DNA of 64,000 nt from a virus (taxonomy: Duplodnaviria; Caudoviricetes). The notes beneath the pieces were generated by a model. It had not been told where the DNA came from. It saw only the letters and a list, made by a program, of their open reading frames with translations, and ran no database searches. The translations under genes were made by a program, and so were the position numbers. Location: IMG/VR virus record IMGVR_UViG_3300035208_002804, positions 64,001-128,000 of that record; one strand, 5' to 3'. Positions 10,738 to 23,200 of the stretch are shown one piece after another (positions within the stretch are counted from its first letter, which is position 1; every line of letters starts with the position of its first letter).

Positions 10738-11841
10738 TTAAGGGGTTCCAATTGTAATCCAAGTTACTATTTCATTAATATACATTTGAATTGCTGGAAT
10801 TGCGGTGTTATAATATGTATCTCCCGTGGCAAATTCGGTTGGATATGTTGAAAATTCTCCTAAATACCTACTATATGTTCCTGTATGTAGATGCCCCACT
10901 GCCGAAAAATCACTTGGTTTTGTTCCACTGTCTACAAGTTTTAAGCCATCTGTACTTCCAAATGTTACAATGTTTCCTGATACTGTTGTTGGCGAAACTG
11001 TTGGGAATACACTGTTTAGATAGGACAGGGTTGGAAATGAACTTGCATAATACCCACCAAGAGTATCAGCATCTAATCCAGATCCAGTTCCATCGTTGTA
11101 TTGGGTCCAGACTTTTTGACCATCTATGAATAGATCGGTTCCATCAGTTGATAGTGTAATGCTGGTTGGTTCAGTTGGAAATCCACCTAATGTAATAGTA
11201 GAAAATACATAGAGATTGGTTGTTTCATGTAGTGTTGTAGTTAGATCGGTAATTGGACCTATTATAGTTGGATAACCCCAAGTTCCATCATCGAGTAAAC
11301 TTTTTCCAAGTGGTGTTGTTGCAAATGGTAATACATTATAGAGTTGATATTTTACATAATCGAAATCGGTTCCATTGTATTCAAGCGAATATCCAGTTGG
11401 AAAATCATCAAAATTGAACCACACCCACGGGATTAAATTTGATTGAGTTACACCATCAGATATTTTTATTCGTCCGGTTGGATCATCACTAATATCATCG
11501 GTTTCTATTAATAGACAAAATGTTGGAAACACATCATCAACCGTTGACCAATTTGTTTCGCTATCGATCTTTCCTTGTAATGTGTATCTAAATGTTCCAT
11601 ACAAATCTTCGTAACGAACCAATTGATTGTTTACTGGAGTCCCACTTTGAACCGGTATATTTCCTATTGTTGTTCCACCAACATATGTAAGAGAACTCCA
11701 GTGTGTAATACCATCTCCAATCTTTTGTCTTCCATCACCATCATCAATATTAACAGCAATTACACCCTTAAATATAATAGGATCAAATCTGGTGAAATTT
11801 GCAAGATAATCCGGATAGATATTTTGTGAAGTTCTAAACAT
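10738..11841 (-). CDS. Tail fibre protein
   Basis: Two KIGDG/KISDG (Mtd-N/hyaluronidase-N-like) motifs and the NDGTGSGLDADTLGG fibre motif. Confidence 0.75.
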   Translation of the reverse strand: MFRTSQNIYPDYLANFTRFDPIIFKGVIAVNIDDGDGRQKIGDGITHWSSLTYVGGTTIGNIPVQSGTPVNNQLVRYEDLYGTFRYTLQGKIDSETNWSTVDDVFPTFCLLIETDDISDDPTGRIKISDGVTQSNLIPWVWFNFDDFPTGYSLEYNGTDFDYVKYQLYNVLPFATTPLGKSLLDDGTWGYPTIIGPITDLTTTLHETTNLYVFSTITLGGFPTEPTSITLSTDGTDLFIDGQKVWTQYNDGTGSGLDADTLGGYYASSFPTLSYLNSVFPTVSPTTVSGNIVTFGSTDGLKLVDSGTKPSDFSAVGHLHTGTYSRYLGEFSTYPTEFATGDTYYNTAIPAIQMYINEIVTWITIGTP

Positions 11842-11873
11842 ATTTTATCACCAAATAATTTATATCAAAAAAT

Positions 11874-12167
11874 CTATACTGTTGAAATTTTACCGTCATA
11901 TCCAAGCGTTGTTGAAGCACCCGAAATATTTTTAACCTTGAAATAAATTGCATTTGTTGGATTAATTGGTTGTGCAAACTGTAAGGTGTCAGTTATTGTA
12001 AATAGTAAAATATCAGTCGTTCCATCAGTTCTATATATTTCACATTCAACACCAGCAGGAATGTAGATATTTTGAATACCCCATTCAGCAGTTCCAGATG
12101 GTTGTATTGTTAGATAACCATCATCAACAACAGTAGAATGAACAGAAACAACCCCGCCTAACGCCAT
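11874..12167 (-). CDS. Hypothetical virion protein
   Basis: 97-aa beta-rich ORF with a GGGAG RBS. Confidence 0.6.
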   Translation of the reverse strand: MALGGVVSVHSTVVDDGYLTIQPSGTAEWGIQNIYIPAGVECEIYRTDGTTDILLFTITDTLQFAQPINPTNAIYFKVKNISGASTTLGYDGKISTV

Positions 12168-12268
12168 TAATAATTCTCCCGATCAACTTGTCCAATATGG
12201 AAATAGAATTTACAATTCGACATTAACTTTGCCCCCAACCATTCAATGTGTTACGATCCTTCATATTT

Positions 12269-12823
12269 TCATACTCCTCTATTATTGATTATTTTCCAGA
12301 TGCCACCGAAGTTTTCACCACTTGTAATATCCCAATCATAGAATGTCTGGCGTGCTCCCATATCAGTAGTTCCAGCAAGAGAAACATGAAGTCCTGCTTC
12401 TTTAAGAGTATAATTACCGTCAGCAGTAAAAACAGCAGTATAGGTAACAGTGTCGTTTGTTGTATAAGTAGTTGTTAATGCATTGGTTGTTGCTACTCTT
12501 GCCATAACAGGAGATATCAAGTTGGTATATGTGTAAGTTGTTCCGTTGGTTCCATCGATTCCAACTGAACAGTATAGATATTTTGTTGAAAGGTAAGTTG
12601 ATAGATCTGCTAATGCATAATTAGTAAGAGCATCACCAGCATAATTTCTAACACCAAGTCTACACAGTAATTTCTGTAATATATTTGGATTATTTACCGT
12701 TTCAACTTCTGGTTTGTTATTCCACCAATCACTATTAATATCATCAATTCGATGTAATTCAAATTTATCGGTTAATGACGAAACTTCAGGAATAATATTG
12801 GCGGTGAATTGTTTCATCTGCAT
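12269..12823 (-). CDS. Putative baseplate/fibre-attachment protein
   Basis: YTAVFTADGNYTLKEAGL resembles fibre-anchoring N-terminal domains; position in the tail module. Confidence 0.55.
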   Translation of the reverse strand: MQMKQFTANIIPEVSSLTDKFELHRIDDINSDWWNNKPEVETVNNPNILQKLLCRLGVRNYAGDALTNYALADLSTYLSTKYLYCSVGIDGTNGTTYTYTNLISPVMARVATTNALTTTYTTNDTVTYTAVFTADGNYTLKEAGLHVSLAGTTDMGARQTFYDWDITSGENFGGIWKIINNRGV

Positions 12824-12941
12824 TACAACTAACTATAATTTTAACGCTATATAAAAAGAAAGTTATAAGAGTAAAGATTGGGAAAAGTAGATTATAGTTA
12901 TCACAATTCTATTTTTAATATCACAATAAACTTATCACCCT

Positions 12942-14924
12942 CTACTCTTCTACCAAATCTGCTGCTTCAATTACAAATGCATCTTGAAATACAGCATATT
13001 CATAGTAAAATCTCACTCTATACTTATACTTCGTGGGGGATACTATGCCGAATTTGTTTGGGGTTGTATTGCTATAGATAAAAATGTCACTTGATCTTAC
13101 ACCATCGTTTGGAGCATGTGATAATGAATCTGAAAATTCAAGTGATTTACCATGCTCTATTGGAAAATAAACACCATAATCGTTAATTGTAAAGTTAACA
13201 AAATAAAGCGGTTCTCCTAATATCGATTGTAATATTGGTGCTTCTTTGTAAGTTGTGTATAATCTTTCACGAAATACCGGGTCTATTTCTTCTCGTGGTA
13301 TATCTATTGATGTTGCAAATGCATATTCACAATTAAAGAATCGTAATTTGTCTATATGTGTAGTTAAATCGGTTGCAAGTATTTCTTCATCGATTGTTGT
13401 GTTTGGAGTAGTTGTTATCTCAAATATCGTATCAGTTGAATCCGGTGATGCTCCATAAGTATACGTGGTCGAATCGTCTGATAATTGTTTACATCTTACG
13501 TTAATTGTTCTATAGTTATCGTTTGATGCCAGTAATTGTGGAGTCAGAACTTTACAATAATCATTATCATCGGCGTTTCCTTTGTATGCAAGTCGTTCGA
13601 AATCATTTTGTGTAATTCCTCGTGTAGGAGCATCCATAACATCAATATAACTTTTGTATAATACAGCAGGATGATCTGTTCCAATCGAAGATGTGATTGG
13701 TTCAAGAGTTAAACATGTTGGAATGTATACATCGTTAACACTATCCCATTTTGCATAATAACCAAATACTCGAATTACTTCTGCAAGTTTAAACCCATCG
13801 ATTACACCGAATAATGGATAATTCAATCCGGTTACTCTATTATCTTCGCTTCCTGCTGGCAACGTATATAAGTAATTTAGTTCTTTTGATTTTGCACCCT
13901 CACTGCGAGTATTCATCAGTAATCCGTTTTCATCATAATAAAATTTAAATGTTATTTTGATGTTTCCTATAGTAACAGCAGTTGCCAAATTATTTGTTAT
14001 CTGGAAGTAAAATTGTGGAGTTGATAAACAAGCGCGTTCAATTACTGTTTGACCAGAAGTATCTATGTTATAATTAAGAACGTCTTTTAATTCAATAGGA
14101 GGCATTCCACTAAACTTACCAATGGTAAATTCTTCATTATGGGTAACTCCAGGTGATGTTGTTGGAATGAGTGTTTCAGAATTACTAGAAGTAATCAAAT
14201 TGGTCATTACTTTACTTGTGTATGTTAATGTTCCTTCATACCAATCTGGATAAGATGGAAATTGCATCTGCATTCCACATTTTACATCAAATGCATTATT
14301 TTCATCGGTAGTTTCTTTGAGTGCAATCGAAACAACAACACTACCATAACTATAAAATGCAGGAATATACTTCAAATTTTCAATCTTTTTATCAGCAGTT
14401 ACTATCCAATCATCTGATGGATGTGCTTCAAATTCAGCAGCGTCTACATACACATCAATAGCAGTTTCAGCGGGTATTGGTATTCCATCTACACCAGCAT
14501 CTCCACCTGCAAAATTAATTGATGCATCCCATGAAGATGTTTTTGATTCTTTTGTATAATTTAGAGATTCTGATAGTTTGGTAATTTCAGCAGTTATTCT
14601 TACATCACCATTACATTCGGGTGGTAAATATAGTGGTTTATCTGCAAAGGCATTTCCATTTTTAATATCAGTTAAATCATCAGGACTATGTATAACAACT
14701 GATTTGATAGTTCCATATTCATCCTGTAATCCATCTTTATAACCAATTAAAATTGAATATGTTCCAGCAGAAGCATAAGTATGAGTGATAGATTTTCCAG
14801 TAGCAGTTGTTCCGTCTCCAAAATTCCAGACAACCAAATAAATATCACCAGTTCCAACCTTTGCTACTGTTCCTGTGATTGTAAACTTTGTTACTTTAAT
14901 ATTTACTGAAACCGGACACGACAT
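12942..14924 (-). CDS. PKD-domain tail/baseplate protein
   Basis: N-terminal WNFGDGTTATGKSITHTYASAGTY. Confidence 0.7.
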   Translation of the reverse strand: MSCPVSVNIKVTKFTITGTVAKVGTGDIYLVVWNFGDGTTATGKSITHTYASAGTYSILIGYKDGLQDEYGTIKSVVIHSPDDLTDIKNGNAFADKPLYLPPECNGDVRITAEITKLSESLNYTKESKTSSWDASINFAGGDAGVDGIPIPAETAIDVYVDAAEFEAHPSDDWIVTADKKIENLKYIPAFYSYGSVVVSIALKETTDENNAFDVKCGMQMQFPSYPDWYEGTLTYTSKVMTNLITSSNSETLIPTTSPGVTHNEEFTIGKFSGMPPIELKDVLNYNIDTSGQTVIERACLSTPQFYFQITNNLATAVTIGNIKITFKFYYDENGLLMNTRSEGAKSKELNYLYTLPAGSEDNRVTGLNYPLFGVIDGFKLAEVIRVFGYYAKWDSVNDVYIPTCLTLEPITSSIGTDHPAVLYKSYIDVMDAPTRGITQNDFERLAYKGNADDNDYCKVLTPQLLASNDNYRTINVRCKQLSDDSTTYTYGASPDSTDTIFEITTTPNTTIDEEILATDLTTHIDKLRFFNCEYAFATSIDIPREEIDPVFRERLYTTYKEAPILQSILGEPLYFVNFTINDYGVYFPIEHGKSLEFSDSLSHAPNDGVRSSDIFIYSNTTPNKFGIVSPTKYKYRVRFYYEYAVFQDAFVIEAADLVEE

Positions 14925-14976
14925 AATTATACTTCTCCTATTTTATTATAAATACGGTGTATTTTACTCAAAACAA

Positions 14977-16707
14977 TTACACCGTTCCTTCCGTTACTGC
15001 ATTGCCTGCTACATAGGTTCCTGTTTTTTCAGTGATTGTTTCAGTTGTAAATGGAACACCATCCATTGCAGGAGATAACGATGTTCTATAAATATCGAAA
15101 ATGCTGTAATAACTTGGGCCAACAACTATTGTAGTTCCTGATTCACTAATAACAACATCGGTTATTTTCCATACTGTGTCTTTTGGATCTGTAAGTGGAT
15201 CTGCATCCGGGCCTTCCAAATATGTCATTTTATATTCAACGGTTTGATCTCCAAGTCCACTAAAATAATCACATTCTTTAAATCGCGTGGTTCCTGGTGG
15301 AAATTTAACCTTAAATATATCAGTTATCACACGAGCATCCCAATAAATCCGTTCAGCAAAGGCTTCTAATGTTCCATTATAATTATTTGACGATAATCTG
15401 AAGTTCATAATGGTAACTTTACCTGGATCGAATGAAGCATTAAATGGATAAAATGCCCTGTCATTCCCATCTGAATTCCACACACATACAATATCCGGGG
15501 CATATGAAAGGGCACCATCGTCAGACAATTTTTCAGTTGACAAAATAAATTCAGTTAATGGATTAATAGTTATCAAATCTCTTATAAATCCATATTCAAG
15601 GGCACCTGTTTTTCGATGATACCATGTACTAAATCCACAGGTATTTTCAAGAAAGGTATCAAGTGCTTTTCCAATGACCATTCCAGATATAACCATTGCT
15701 GGTAATTTTTCTTCTCTACCCGGTATAGTTTCTTTAGTATCCAAATCACCTGCTCTACATGTTCCATTTCCCGGACTATATGTCAACCGTGGATGAGATT
15801 TATAAAAACTTAAAATTGCTTTTACAAAATCTTTAACTTTTAACTGCCCGTGTCCGTCTAATGGATTATGAATTACCATTCGTGATTTAAAAATACCGCC
15901 AGTAGTTTTGATAATTGGCATCTCATACATACAGTAACCAATTTCTTTACATTCGTATGTATATGTCCCATTCTGATTATTAATTACATTTTTAATATAA
16001 CCATTAAAGAAATAATCATAAGAAGAATCACCAGCAAGACAAATTTTCACTTGATCGTCTTTGTGGAATTCATATTTTACTGTTGAAAATTTAGCACTGT
16101 TGATATCATTCGATGTCTCATGCACCATCGTATTAAAAATCGGATAAGATACATCATTTATTAAACAAATAAAAGATACGTTGTCTCTAATTGTAAATGC
16201 AGTGTCTTCTTTATAGATTTGAGTTTCATATGGTTTAGTAAATACATAACTCAATTCCATCGTAAACTGATAAGAACCAAGTTCCTTTGCATTTCTATCC
16301 CACATAAATGATTTTATTGTCCATATGCCAGCAAGTTCCGGGAAATCAATTAATCCATCATTTACTTGAAGTGCAATCCTTACTGTGTTTTCTGTGTCAG
16401 TATTTGTTGTATTTAGTATATTTTCATCTGATACTTCAGAACCGATTTTAGTTCCATTTACACAGTCAATGATCATATGAGATTGAAATTTACCAATAAT
16501 TTTACAGATACATGATTTTAGACCCATTGGAATGATAAACGGCTCGCATGATTTTTCAACCTTTTCATAATCACTCAATGTTGTTATGGTGATATCAATT
16601 AATGAACATGGTTGCAATACATGAGTTGGAACCCAATTTGACGTTCCATCGTTTCGTTTCTCTTCTTCTAACCGCTTAAATTGAACATATCCATTTTCTA
16701 TTGTCAT
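14977..16707 (-). CDS. Putative baseplate hub (Tal-like) protein
   Basis: Second gene after the tape measure; FFNGYIKNV...YTYECKE hub-like pattern. Confidence 0.55.
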   Translation of the reverse strand: MTIENGYVQFKRLEEEKRNDGTSNWVPTHVLQPCSLIDITITTLSDYEKVEKSCEPFIIPMGLKSCICKIIGKFQSHMIIDCVNGTKIGSEVSDENILNTTNTDTENTVRIALQVNDGLIDFPELAGIWTIKSFMWDRNAKELGSYQFTMELSYVFTKPYETQIYKEDTAFTIRDNVSFICLINDVSYPIFNTMVHETSNDINSAKFSTVKYEFHKDDQVKICLAGDSSYDYFFNGYIKNVINNQNGTYTYECKEIGYCMYEMPIIKTTGGIFKSRMVIHNPLDGHGQLKVKDFVKAILSFYKSHPRLTYSPGNGTCRAGDLDTKETIPGREEKLPAMVISGMVIGKALDTFLENTCGFSTWYHRKTGALEYGFIRDLITINPLTEFILSTEKLSDDGALSYAPDIVCVWNSDGNDRAFYPFNASFDPGKVTIMNFRLSSNNYNGTLEAFAERIYWDARVITDIFKVKFPPGTTRFKECDYFSGLGDQTVEYKMTYLEGPDADPLTDPKDTVWKITDVVISESGTTIVVGPSYYSIFDIYRTSLSPAMDGVPFTTETITEKTGTYVAGNAVTEGTV

Positions 16708-16722
16708 GTTATATCACCATAT

Positions 16723-17184
16723 TTAAGCAGTTGGTAATGCTCCATACCACCGTTTCAAAGTCAATAATCCAATATAAAGTCGTCGTTGAACATTTCTTCG
16801 TAATACAAACGATTCTACAAACCAATGTGAACTAATTGGAAACTCTTTAAAATTAACATTTGCATTAACTGTTAGAATTGAAGACGCCATGAAAATATTT
16901 TTTGGATGTGGAACTACTCTATATGGAGTTGTATCAGTTACATATGCATTTATATCGGGTATTGGTATTTCAAGCGAAACACTATCAAGTAATCTTCCAT
17001 ATGTGGTGTTAATTGGTGCTGATGATTGCACTGATATACTTTCAGATGATACTTCTCTCCTATCTTGGACAGTAAAAATCTTCAATGTATGAGTATATCC
17101 AGTATCGGGAGCATATCGTTTATTTCCAACTTCGGGTTCCCCCATCGTGTAATATAAAAATGTTTCAGCAAGCACCAACGACAT
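16723..17184 (-). CDS. Putative distal tail (Dit-like) protein
   Basis: First gene after the tape measure; 153 aa. Confidence 0.5.
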   Translation of the reverse strand: MSLVLAETFLYYTMGEPEVGNKRYAPDTGYTHTLKIFTVQDRREVSSESISVQSSAPINTTYGRLLDSVSLEIPIPDINAYVTDTTPYRVVPHPKNIFMASSILTVNANVNFKEFPISSHWFVESFVLRRNVQRRLYIGLLTLKRWYGALPTA

Positions 17185-17298
17185 GTTGAATATATCAAGA
17201 GGTTTACAATATATAAAGAAAAGGTTAGGAAAGAAGAGAAAATGAGAGAAAAATAATGAACTGTAGTAAAAAGAAATTGTAAGTTTTCCTCATTCCCA

Positions 17299-20200
17299 TT
17301 ACAATCTGCTGGTTGTTGGTTGTGTTGTTGGTAATATACTTCTTACAATCTGTTCAATCATAGCAACTAAATCTGTTTTTACTTTTGATGCAATAACATT
17401 CGAATCATCACCTTGCACATTCACCGAAATTTCTACTTTCTGTGGCTGTGTAGTTGATTGACTGATAATTTGTTCTTGTTTTAATGTTTCTGCCGTTTTA
17501 ACTAGTTGAATACTTGTAAATTCATTTTCATTTGTTTTAGAAACAAAACTATAATTTCCAGAATTATTTTCTGGATTTACATTATATGTTTCACTTCCAG
17601 TCATTAATTTATTGTAAAATGCTGGTAATCCTTCGTTTGATACAGCATCTAATTCTCCATTAACGATTGAAAATCCTTTTGCTGTTGTTATCATTCCATC
17701 GTTTAATGATTGTAATGTTGCTGGTTGAGTTATATCATCTTCATTTACTCCGGTTGAAATTTTTGCTGTTGTTTCTGGAAGTAACATGTTTGCAAGAGCA
17801 GGTCCAATTACTGGAACAATACCAGTCATAGCAAGACTCAATAATGCTGCTGGATCTTGTGTTACTTCTTCTGCTAATTTTCCACCCATAACACCAAGAG
17901 ATTCACCAGTTCCAATTAAACCGGTTCCAGCACCAAATATACTTCCAACATCAAGATTCGCAAGCGATCCAATTAAATCATAAATACTACTGTTTAAATC
18001 TGCAATTCCACCACTAACTTCTAAATTTCCAAGCGGAGTTGGTAATGAAACATTTGTTCCACGAATCATGTCTGAAACTGCTGTATTACCACCCTTCAGT
18101 TTATTCCAGAACCCGTTATACTGATCGGACATACCAAGTCCTTTGACTGCTTGCTGTGCAACAAAACCCGGCATAACACTGAAATCCATTAACCCTTTAT
18201 TCTGGTTTAATGTGTCTCTCATCTGTTCTTCGTTTAATCCAAATCTTTTGCCCCAGACTCCCATTCCACGACCATAACCAGACTGAATTAAATTACTAGT
18301 GAATATACCAGATGCGTTGTTATATTTTCCCTTTCCTGTTCCTTGGGTAATCTCATCAAGAGGAACGCCATTCATGAAATTTTCATTAGCAATACCACCT
18401 TCTGCTAAACCAGAAAGGACAACTGCTTCTGGTGCCCCTGCAAGTTTCATTAAATCGAGTGTTGTGGCACCAACACCACCAACTGCTTTACCTGCCCAAG
18501 ATGCTGCTGTATTTCGTGCTGGTCCACTTCCAACAACTCTTGAAATCATTGCTGGTAGCACTCTACTACCTTGCTCCATAACCCGCTCTCCTCCGCCAGT
18601 GAGAGCATTCATTGCAATTTGATTATTTAATTCAAGTGCTGCGGAATATGGATCTCTATTTTGATTTACATTAGTTCCAACTGATAAAAGATCAACAACA
18701 TCAAGAACCCCAATCTCTTTTCCAGTTAACTGATCTTTCCCTTTTACTGGTGATGTAGCACTAAACTTACCTTTATTGAACAACCGATCTACTATAGAAG
18801 GAGATTGTTTGCTTGGCATTTCAGGATATTCGTATTTACCGTTGACGAATTTGTCCCAAAATCCAGCATTACGAACTCCTGTTGGACCATAATCTTTTAC
18901 ATCACCAGGTGCTCTATAATATGCATGTTGTGCAAGTGAATCAGAATTTAAAATCCCACCAAGCGATCTTCCACCATATGCACTTGCAAGATTGCCACCC
19001 ACTGTTGTTGCTGCTCCCTTAACTGCACCAGCACCTTTTTGGAGCATTTCAACAACTTTACCATTGTCAAGCGTTAACAATGCAAGTCCAAGATCTTTGA
19101 TTACGTTTCCTGCTGTTTCAGCACCGTTCATTAATGCTTTTAATGATTCCATTGCACTATGAGCAATACTATCAATTGCTGCACCTACAGTTTGTTTAAA
19201 TGATTCAAATGCAGTCTGAAGTAGATTTGCCACCGCACCAGTATATGACGATGGTAATGTTGACGGGTTTGGGTTAGCATTTGGATTTGGATTTTCATTA
19301 ACTTGTGGATTTGGATTTACATTTTCGTCAGGGCGCCAGAAAGATTCTTCATTTAAATTATCTTCTGGTGATGGCGAAGGGTTTGGATTTACACCCATTC
19401 CATTACCGGTCATTCCGTTTGGATTACCAAGGAACCCATAAATCCAGCGCTGGGGAAGTCCCATGTCAAATGGCATACCTCCTTTTTCATCGTTACCGTT
19501 TTGCCAGCCGTCTTTCCAGTTTCGAATGTAAACGCCGATTCCATCAGATTCAGCAGCAGCAACTAAAACTTTAGCAGATGATTTACTTGCAGTTGCATTC
19601 TCATCAGTTTTGTTGTAGATTTTAAATCCAAATGTATCAGTATCAGATTTGTTAATTGCATAACCGGAAACAGACATTCCACTACTGTTTTGTAATAGTC
19701 CTATTGAACCGCCGGTTGCAAATTTGTTTAATTGATCAAGGGTGTTTTTACCAAGTTTACTTGCAGATCTCTTGTTGATGACATATTCTCCTTCTTCTAC
19801 ACGAACGGTTTTGTCATCAATTGCCGCTGTATTTGGACCACCAATTGCACCACCTTCAGCAAACATTTTTTCCTGTGTTATTGGATTAACACCAGAAAGA
19901 ACTGCTCCAGCAGATGAAATTGGTTTTAACCACCAAGGCGCTTCCTGCCCACTTATCCATTGATACGCCTGGCCAACTGCTTCGAGTGCGATAACTGCTA
20001 ATCCTGCTTTTAATGCAATACCATTCATTCCAAGATTCAGAGCATCGACTGCCATATTAACTTGTTTTAATGCTTTTACTGCACCGGCTGCTTGTCCAAA
20101 CCCACTCAAGAACAATGATACTCCAGATGTTAATGGTTGTAATAATAAGGTTATACCATACATTTGAGCAGCAATCTTAATTAAACCAGGATGATCACCA

Positions 20201-23200
20201 ACAAGAGTTAGACCGGATGTCACCCATTTTAGAGCGTCAACTACTTCGGGTAATGCTTTTGCACCAGCAGTCAAAAACTTGGTAAATCCTTCCATTGTGT
20301 CTTTTTCAGCAAGTTTCGTAAACAAAGATCCAATTGAATCAACTAATCCATCAGTGAAATTCTTGTCTTTGAAAATACTCGCTGCAAGTGAAGACATCGA
20401 CAACCCAAATGCAGATTGAGCATAGGTTACATTTTCCCAACCTTTAACAAGATCTTTCTGGGTAACTCCAAACTTACCCATAATCTCATTTGCTTTGTTT
20501 GCTGATCCACTAAATGCATTTACATAACCAACGTTCTTAAAAACAGTGTTTAAATCAGAAAGTGATCCGGTCAACGAGGTAACAGCACTCGAAAGCGCCA
20601 TGAATATTCCCATTAATGAGAAATAAACACCCATCGAACTCATTGACAAACTTGCTGCTCTCCACGAAAGATCTTTTGACCACTTTGAAGTGTTAGCAAG
20701 TACCCCAAACTTTTCCGGTTCAGTAGTTTTTCTACTATCTAATGTAGTTGATTTTACTGTTCTATTACCCGATAATTCTTCTAACTTCTTATCGAATTCA
20801 CCAATAAAACCTTCTGCATCTTTAGCATCCATTCCAGTTTTCTTTAATCTCTCTGTTAATAATTCAAGACTATATGTTAATGTCCCTGTTATTTCACCAC
20901 TTTTTGAATCTCTTTCGAGTTGTGGAGAAACCTTTACCATTTCACGAGCAACATTACCCCCAAGTCTGTTTCCTAACTTGTTGGCAGTAAAGTCTTTCAT
21001 CTGTTCTTCAATACCACCAACCACATCAGTAAACATTTTTCCTGATGTATCTCGTGCCTTTTTAATAGAACCGGCATAATCTTCTCGTAATTCTTTCCAA
21101 GAAATACCTTTGGTTAAATTAAATGGAGAACCCAAAACCTGTCCAGTAGTTACCCTTGTTTTTTCATAACCAACGTTTTGCGCCCTGTTATAAATTTCAC
21201 TAAACTTACTTCCACCACGATTCATCAATGCGTTGAACTTATTACCAATGCCCTGAACATTGTTATCTTGGTTCCTTACATCATACGGTTTCGCTAATAA
21301 TCCAGTATTATATTTTCTTATACTACCAAGTTCATCATCGTGTCTTGTATTATACTGAAGATCAACGTCATTATAATCACGTAACGCGTTACTTCTATTT
21401 TTGTCTCTTGCTATCTTATTATTACGCACCTCAACTAAAGCAGCAAGTTTTTCCTTTCTTTCTTTTTCTTCTTGTTTACGTTTTGCTGTTTCTTGCTCTA
21501 ATTCTAAATCTATTAATTTTCGATTTGCTAAATCTGCTTCAGATGGATTATAATTAGCATCAATTCCAGAAATATCTGGTATAACATCATAAGGACCACC
21601 TGATTTCTTACTAATCCTCCTTTCAAATGTTGTTATGTTTGGCAAATTTTCATATTGTTTATTTTTACCACTTAATTCATCTGCAAGTTGCTTTCGCCTG
21701 TTTAAATCACTTTTAGATGGATTATAATTAGCATCAATTCCAGAAATATCTGGTAATTTATTATATTTTGTTGCTTCTTGATATTTTCGATTTAATTCAG
21801 CAAGTGATTTATTAGACGTTTCAATTCTCTTGTTGAAATCAATTAGATCAGGACGTATATTATCGAGAATATCAGTTACTTGGTTAACATTGTTCGTGTA
21901 TTTTGTAGTTGATGGACCAGATGGTATTTTACCAGATGTTGCTATGTTTGTTGCAAACGGTTTAAGTTCTTTTTCTATAAAACCAATATATTTAAATGGA
22001 TCTTGTAGAAAACCGGGTTCTCTACCACGTAAACTACCTTCAAGTTGTTTACCAATTTTCATATCAGCAATCTTATTTACAGTAATTCCTTTCTTGAATT
22101 GCTTTGATAATGAATCTGACAGTGTAGTGGCGATTTCATGAGCACTTTTTGTAGGATCAACATTTTTTAGTTTGTTTTCACTAAAACTGTTAAGAATGAA
22201 TCTGGTTAAATCACTCTTACCCATATTACCCATATCTGTTGGTTCTGCATACGAAGTTCTGGTATTTCCGCGAGAAGGCAGATTATTTGAACCGGGTGTT
22301 AATGTAGATTTTCCAAACATTTGATTGTATGATAACCGAGTAGTTCCGGGATCTGCTTTTTGCACAGCATCCTTTATATCACTACGGGTTAACATATCAA
22401 TTACACTGTTTTCATTAGTAATTGGCCGTTTTAAATCATTAATTGAGAACTCACTACCATCTTTGAAACCGGGTATATTTCCACCAGATGCAAATGGTAA
22501 TCTGCTTCGTTCTTTTGGGGATAACACTCTATCATTGGACATTCCTCGTAGTTGATCCAGAATTTTAGGTCCACCTAAAGATGCAGATTGACTTGGATTT
22601 AAGAGCCATTCACCATTGGAAATCATTGCATTAGGACTACCATAACCACCGCTTGCAAGTCCTTTGTATGTAGAATTTCCCGTCACTTTATTGAGAAAGT
22701 TTTCTCCAAGTGCCTGAACAGTATCTCTATCTAAAATGTAACTTCCCGGTGATAAATTTGCTCCAATCGAATCAGATATTGAAGTGCCACGACCTTGAAT
22801 TTTGCCACCAGATGCTCTACCAAATCTCCGTTTTAAGTTAGTCAACCATGAATTTTTATTGAATTGCTGACTTAATCTACCGATATTGGCGTCCATGAAT
22901 GGATTATTTTGGACTACATTTCCATAGGCATCATTAGATTCTCCCTGAAATTGTTTGAGGTTCATTAATTTTTGAAATCGTTTTACTCCATCAGATGTTA
23001 AATCCCCAGAACCAAACCGTTCGAAAAATTTATTTTGTTGGAATCTTTTAATCAGATCGATAGCAAGTGCTCCACCACCAATTCCACCCATAATTCCAAG
23101 ACCAGATTGAATGCCACCAAACGCACCCATTAATAGTTCAGGAGATGCTAACGCTTCAAGCCCACCAGCAAAATATTTCTTCATTTGTCCACCATTTTGT

